From the NCBI GenBank assembly GCA_001600695.1, contig BCKQ01000011.1, positions 595,070-633,787 of the forward strand: 38,718 bases of DNA, written 5' to 3'. This document shows, one piece after another, positions 36,300 through 38,718 of this stretch. A model generated the notes under the pieces. The model did no database searches, was not told the DNA's origin, and worked only from the letters and a program-made list of their open reading frames with translations. The stretch comes from Ascoidea asiatica JCM 7603 (taxonomy: Eukaryota; Fungi; Ascomycota). Both the position numbers and the translations under genes were made by a program. Each line of letters opens with the position of its first letter. Position 1 is the stretch's first letter.

Positions 36300-38192
36300 G
36301 TGTTAAGAGAAACATTTTGACCACAAGAATATCATCAATGCAGCATTAAAATTTATCATATTTAAAAAGTGTAATAGCAACAAAGAAAATTATTCGTTAT
36401 AATAGAGAGATCAGTATTTCTTTCGGGGTATGTAAATATAGGATAATCGCTCTACATAAATATTACTACATTCAAAAACAATACGTACGTGGCTCCGGAA
36501 GAACAAAAAAATTTGAGTAACTATAAAAATTATTTTTATAAAAATCAAAGTGAAATAGATTATGTGAATTTTAGGGATAGAGGATCAGATCCAATTTCTG
36601 ATAGGTATAGTTTCGTTGGGTTGGATGAACTTTCAATTTCATATTGCGAATCTATTGATTTAGAAATAAAGCAAAATAAAGATTTTCTCCCAACTGTTAA
36701 AACCATAGTGGAAATTCAGCTCGGTGACTTTATGCTTTTTAGTGCCTCCAATAAAGCTTCCGTCCAGTTATCCATTTTAATTTTTGTTTTATGTTCCAAA
36801 TAAAATGATGGGAAGAGATCATGGGCAGAGCTGGAACCGACTTGACAAACTAGAAAAACCAAACCCAGGACCTACACTGGAATCCCAGCCGCTTTCAAAA
36901 ATAAAAAAATAAATCACTGCCTATGTTTGCAATAGCCTGGTATCTATATTTTACATTCAATTTCAATGCTAAAAAAAACGGAACTAAACGTACACCAAAT
37001 CTAATGGATCGTAAATTCGGGTATAATACTATGTTAACCACGGCTGCTGATGCTAATAAAAATATAAGTTATACAACTCTACAGCAGTCCTCGAATAAAG
37101 AATGTCATTTGATTGGATTGGTTTTATAATCCAAAACGCATCCGCCGCGGAAAGCTGCCGGACAAGAAGCCAAATGTATTGGAGTAAATCATCGGAAGAT
37201 TATAGATCGAACTGGCATCTGAGGGTTATTAATAAATGATATTGGATGGCATTCCGCTTTCCATGTTCATTTTTAATGGCGGTCTTCAAAAGAAAGAACA
37301 ATTTGACCTTTCCAGCCTTTCTATTTTAATTGAAAATCAAAGTCCAGTCCAATTTGTAAATCCGTTTAAAAAAAAAAATAAAAAAAAGTGTTTAAGAAAC
37401 AAGGATTTACCAAGTGACCAATTCATCAAACTACTAAAATACCCTGATCCTTTATTACCAGAAGTTCTTAAAGAGTTTGGACTGGAGTTTCGCAATCATT
37501 CGATTTTCAAACTATGTTTATTTATTGATAATTCACAGCTTGAAGGAAAAACGTTGGAGTTTAAAATATTAAACAAAAAAAAAAAATTATGGCCCAAAAC
37601 AAACTTGACAGTAGTTACCAGGCCACTTTTCGGACAGTATTGCCTTCTTTTACATTTTGAAGGGCAAAATGGATACTGTTTATGCTAAAAATAGTTCTCA
37701 AACAGATTTTGAAAGAACTCAAAAAGAAACTCTGAAAAATGTTTCGTTGGAATCTCCAATTTCGCAAACCTGCTAACCACCAACATTCCCAAAATTGTTC
37801 CTAATGCTCAAACTGTTAACAACCAAGATCAACCATCAGAAGAAGTCAGAGCAGTTTCAATTCCCCTACATACGTTAAAAGAAGGAAAACCTAGTATGAA
37901 AAAAACAAAAGTAATATTACCCAAATCAATACCTAAAGCGTACATTAGAGGGGAATTTTCGATGTCTAGAAATATTACAAATATTCACCGATTATGGGCT
38001 GAATGGTATAATGCCAATACTTCACGGAAAATTATTTTCCAAATGAACCAAACATATGGTTTGTGTTGGAGATCTTCAACCAAGGACAGTCAATTCTATG
38101 CCAGCAGGTGGCCCATAATTTTGTATCTTCATTCTCTTCTGGAAATAGAAAATGTTTTGGTTGAGTCAGCCTTTGATAAAATATCATCATAA
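36300..38192 (+). pseudogene. Crypton-like tyrosine recombinase (Ndc10-II-like) with C-terminal GCR1_C domain, decayed
   Basis: EIQLGDF, FAIAWYLYFTF, ISYTT and KTHPPRKAAGQEA..GV (HxxR) match CryptonF recombinase patterns. FSMSRNITNIHRLWAEWY...YGLCWR...FYASRWPII is a typical GCR1_C pattern. Confidence 0.85.
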
Positions 38193-38516
38193 TTTCACAT
38201 TGAGAGGAGTAATTTTTCAAAGTTTCGACCAGCGTACGATCCAAGCTGAATCAACACATGGTGGACAAATATTCCCATCGGATTTAGGTTCAGCTTGTAT
38301 ACTTGATTACTAATAAACTACATATAATAAACATCTCTCTGTAGTATTTTTCAATTTGTTTTTAATTCTTATTGCTAGTACGGTTATCAACTACTTTTGC
38401 CTTTGCGTTACACTTATTAATTCAAATAGTCTTTTAAATGTTAAAAATCATGAACACCAACTTTATCAGTATTTACTCAATTATTTGCATTATTTGGGTT
38501 ATTTGAATTATTTACA

Positions 38517-38718
38517 TTCTTAGCATCTAACTGAGCTAGTTTCCATTCATTGATTGCAGCAGTTGCAAGCACAAACCTAAGTGTATCGTATCCCATAACT
38601 GGAGCATACACATCAACAAAGTTTTCTCCTTTGGTTTGAGAAAATCCCTTTGCAACAAGTCTTGCTTTGAAACGTTCACCTGAATGTTCATTCTTAACAT
38701 TAAATACCCAACGTCCTC
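38517..38718 (-). pseudogene. Copia reverse transcriptase fragment, open frame running off the window and truncated at 38516
   Basis: RWVFNVK...FKARLVAKGFSQTKGENFVDVYAPV...LRFVLATAA...QLDAKN, then an abrupt loss of similarity. Confidence 0.95.

Noticed and set aside
3027-38244. Short ORFs antisense to TE genes (3027-3239, 8434-8643, 8701-8973, 12705-12896, 21396-21587, 21877-22098, 38032-38244)
   Set aside because: Shadow ORFs of transposon coding regions on the opposite strand.

Overview
AT-rich, almost certainly fungal (probably yeast-like) DNA made almost entirely of nested, decayed transposable elements; I see no intact recognisable host gene. In order: a disrupted ORF of an unknown family (71-1050), a hAT transposase, a Ty3/Gypsy gag-pol, a Ty1/Copia element between ~205-bp LTRs, a 2.07-kb TG...CA segment flanked by TTAA, a second decayed Copia interrupted by a complete Tc1/mariner element, several unidentified pseudogene remnants, a Pogo/Fot1 transposase, a Crypton-like tyrosine recombinase with a GCR1_C domain, and a third Copia RT at the right edge. 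The most unusual signal is a repeat family with TGT(A/G)AG...CTTACA termini and LTR-like architecture that has no target-site duplication at either delimited copy (7130-7935 and 28640-30544). The longer copy carries a ~310-codon gene homologous to the ORF at 71-1050, and the two genes share leader and downstream architecture. All translations outside the supplied ORF track, all alignments and all identity estimates were done by eye; boundaries of decayed ORFs are approximate.
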